DNA of 64,000 nucleotides, taken from contig OZ037843.1 in NCBI GenBank assembly GCA_964035575.1, forward strand, positions 1,116,001 through 1,180,000, in the 5' to 3' direction. This document shows positions 61,153-64,000 of the stretch, one piece after another. Each line of letters begins with the position of its first letter. The first letter of the stretch is position 1. The translations under genes and the position numbers were made by a program. The stretch comes from Rhynchopus sp. YZ270_cl-10 (lineage: Eukaryota). The notes beneath the pieces are model-generated. The model ran no database searches, had not been told where the DNA came from, and was given only the letters and a program-made list of their open reading frames with translations.

Positions 61153-62051
61153 CAGGCCTTTTGCTAACCATCATGCCATCATGCCACGTTTTTGGGCGTT
61201 TTTTATTTTTTTTTCCATCATGCCACCATCATGCCACGGGGGGTGGTGGGGCAGGGCTTTCGCTCTCCATCACCTGGGGATTTCCCCCCAGATGGCATGA
61301 TGGCATGATGGCATGATGGCATGATGGCATGATGGCATGATGGCATGATGGCATGATGGCATGATGGCATGATGGCATGATGGCATGATGGCATGATGGC
61401 ATGATGGCATGATGGCATGATGGCATGATGGCATGATGGCATGATGGCATGATGGCATGATGGCATGATGGCATGATGGCATGATGGCATGATGGCATGA
61501 TGGCATGATGGCATGATGGCATGATGGCATGATGGCATGATGGCGTGATGGCGTGATGGCACCTTAAAATTTTTCTGCTCGCTGCGCTCGCGGAGGTATA
61601 CCTCAAAAAAAATCCGCTCGCTTCGCTCGCGCTGTACGCTATTTTCTTCCTGCCTACGGTGCCATTTTACAATATCTAAAAAAATTCCCTTGCATTTTGC
61701 AGCCAGAAATGCAACTTGACCCAAGCTGCAAAAATTTGACATTGTTATTTCAAAGTGACCCAACCGTTGCAACAGCCCCTGCTTCTGGCAGACGTATTGA
61801 TTTTGTACGGTTAGTGTACGTAAGGCGCAGACCAAGCACCGTTAATAAAGGATTAGATTTCGTTTTTGTTATCTTGCAAAGCTGACCCTTCGCCTCTCCA
61901 CCCTGTGGCTGGCAGGGAGGCGCGCGCGAAGCGCGCGACGACCGCTTTTACCAGGTGGGAAAGCTCGGAATGTACTTTTTTTCCAGGAAATTATTTTTTT
62001 TTGACCATCATGCCATTCAGGGGGAAAATCCCAAAGTTAGCAAAAGGCCTG
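61153..62051. mobile_element. Non-autonomous TIR element (899 bp) with 9-bp TSD and internal satellite
   Basis: Perfect 16-bp TIR CAGGCCTTTTGCTAAC; TTATTGTTT on both sides. Confidence 0.9.
61291..61560. repeat. (GATGGCAT)x31 plus two GATGGCGT variant units
   Basis: Perfect 8-mer array with a CATG core. Confidence 0.96.
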
Positions 62052-62763
62052 TTATTGTTTCAAGTTTTGGCCGGCGTCTCCTCAGCAGGTGTTGCTCCGC
62101 ACGAGTTCAGGCAGGCTGGCCAACTTTTGTATTTATTTATTTTTACAAAACATGTGTGCATTTCTAAATGAAAATATTTCAGTAACCACGAGTCGTGTTT
62201 TTTCCTCCCGTGCTCCCCATCTCACACACATTACATGCACATCGTGCCGATGCGATGTGGACACTTCGTTGTGTTGCTGACTCACGATGACGCACAAAGT
62301 GGCAACACGTAAATATTGCTCATGTGAACAGTATCCCAATGAAGCAGACATAACGCATGTTTGTTTTGTAACGCTTTCATGTCACAGAAGCATTCGCTTT
62401 CTTTTGCTTTGTTTTTTTTCTCCCATTGAGAGCGCAGAAATGAATTGAATAAAGTGTCTTTTACACGCAATGTTTCATTATGCCCTCCGCGGCTAGTTTT
62501 CCCTCTTTTGTGCTTTACGACACTTTCTGCACTTCAAGAAAACACATACTGTGAATCTTTTGTACATTTACTGGAATCAAGTCAACAATTGAGAGGCCTT
62601 TTCGTGTGTGAACTTTGGAAGTGGAGATTGCACAACTGAGGAAACTAAACCACTGGGCGATCCAGATTGTTGTAATGGTAACTTGGGAGTCCACAAACCC
62701 TCTGTGTGCACACTGCCGTACACCCTTCCCCACATTTACTTACACACAGGACACCCAAGAGTA

Positions 62764-64000
62764 ATGCAGTATCACTCCCTGGTGCTGGTCACATATGTGT
62801 TGGCGCTGCTGTGCCCGTTGCTGTGTGCGGGGTATCTGTTTGCTGCAGACCCGGACGTTGTGATATACCGACACGAGGTAGATGTGAACGAGACGGGCAA
62901 CAAGACAGTCTTCTGCGACCTTGATACGCAGGTGTGCACCAACGGGGATGCACTCTGCGCACAGGGCGACAAGCTTGTGTTGGGGAGCGACTGTGATCCG
63001 ACCGGGTTCTGGACGGCCTTGCTGCTCCTGAAGTGGGTGTACATCTTTGTGTGGCTGACACGTCTGCCCATTCTCTTCACTTCTGTCATGCACGCGGTTG
63101 GCAAGGAAGGGAAGGTGACACCACCCCATAAGCTTGTGGACGTATGCAGCGTGGTCTCGCAGCTGGCTTCCTTCGCCGCCTTTGTGATATACGTCGGAGT
63201 GTTGTACGGGCGCATGCAATTCTTCGGGAGCGAGCAGCGAGTTGTCTACTTCCCCACAGGCTTCCCGGTCATGCTGTGGTACGTCATGCGACTCGATTTC
63301 GCCATATCGCTGCTACTGCCGCTTTGGTTCTTCTTGTCTGACTATTCCTTTGTATCGTGTCGATTGGCATTTTACGAACTGATAGTTGCGTCGCTTGTCT
63401 CTGCTGTGATCGCTTTCACGATGATACTGCACAACACAGAAATCATGGAAAATTACATGCCGTTTGTATATCTCCCTCTCTTAACATACCCGGTGTACTG
63501 GTACTTTTCCTCCTGGAGCTATTTAGGGGGCCTTGCGGAGTTGCTCACAGTGTGCAGCTTCTTTGTGTACACAGCGTCGTACTACGCGTTGGGCGTGGAG
63601 GACAGGGAGGACACCACCTACTTCATGTGTGCCCTCCACAAATTCCAAATGATGGCTCCGATGTGTCTGTTCTCGATAGCCCTTACCATTACGTCTGTGT
63701 GGGAGATCAGGCCGCAGAAGCAGATCTACAAGCCTATCACCTGGGAAGGGGTCTGTGCGATGCCTGAGCAACAAGCTGCCGCAGTCACTCTTGTCCTGAC
63801 TGCGATACATACTAAAGACTCTCGCACTCTCGAAGCCTTGCCCCAGGACACTCTCCACACTGCGTTCCATGGTGCGACGGTAGCTGAGATGAGTAGAATT
63901 GTGCAGTACTTTTGCGAAACCACAAACAGATTTGCGATCATTGTGGCCAGCAGAGTGCTCATCGACAGGAATGACCTGTTGGTGGACATGGACATCCCTG
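62764..64000 (+). CDS. Paralog of the Cys-rich/~7TM protein; runs off the window end
   Basis: Translated by hand from ATG 62764 (MQYHSLVLVTYVLALL...) with no stop to 64000. Missing from the ORF track, presumably because it has no stop. Same upstream acceptor as 43861. Confidence 0.85.
   Translation, partial: MQYHSLVLVTYVLALLCPLLCAGYLFAADPDVVIYRHEVDVNETGNKTVFCDLDTQVCTNGDALCAQGDKLVLGSDCDPTGFWTALLLLKWVYIFVWLTRLPILFTSVMHAVGKEGKVTPPHKLVDVCSVVSQLASFAAFVIYVGVLYGRMQFFGSEQRVVYFPTGFPVMLWYVMRLDFAISLLLPLWFFLSDYSFVSCRLAFYELIVASLVSAVIAFTMILHNTEIMENYMPFVYLPLLTYPVYWYFSSWSYLGGLAELLTVCSFFVYTASYYALGVEDREDTTYFMCALHKFQMMAPMCLFSIALTITSVWEIRPQKQIYKPITWEGVCAMPEQQAAAVTLVLTAIHTKDSRTLEALPQDTLHTAFHGATVAEMSRIVQYFCETTNRFAIIVASRVLIDRNDLLVDMDIP

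Overview
Eukaryotic, repeat-dense nuclear DNA, most likely a free-living euglenozoan such as a diplonemid. This is inferred from intronless host genes all on the + strand, pyrimidine-rich/AG acceptors just upstream of the ATGs, and euglenozoan-style class III adenylate cyclases. Host genes: a small basic protein, one catalytically complete ~6-TM adenylate cyclase with a second degenerate cyclase domain, four paralogous TM-ectodomain-TM pseudo-cyclase receptors (two from a recent 6,850-bp tandem duplication), and two paralogs of an unrecognised signal-peptide/Cys-rich/~7TM protein. The rest is nested mobile DNA: a two-ORF non-LTR retrotransposon (APE-RT-RNase H-CCHC, one 1-nt frameshift), an intact hAT transposon with a 43-nt intron and 8-bp TSD, a CACGG-ended element with a 2-bp TSD, a ~2.4-kb foldback with nested hairpins, and many TIR MITEs, three with CA..TG ends and 6-bp TSDs. 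The most unusual signal is six long, perfectly homogeneous 6-8-nt arrays (17-106 units). Five carry a GTAC core and one a CATG core, all have their G/T-leaning strand on +, and five lie inside recognisable repeated elements. No tRNA, rRNA, SL-RNA gene or CRISPR array was recognised.
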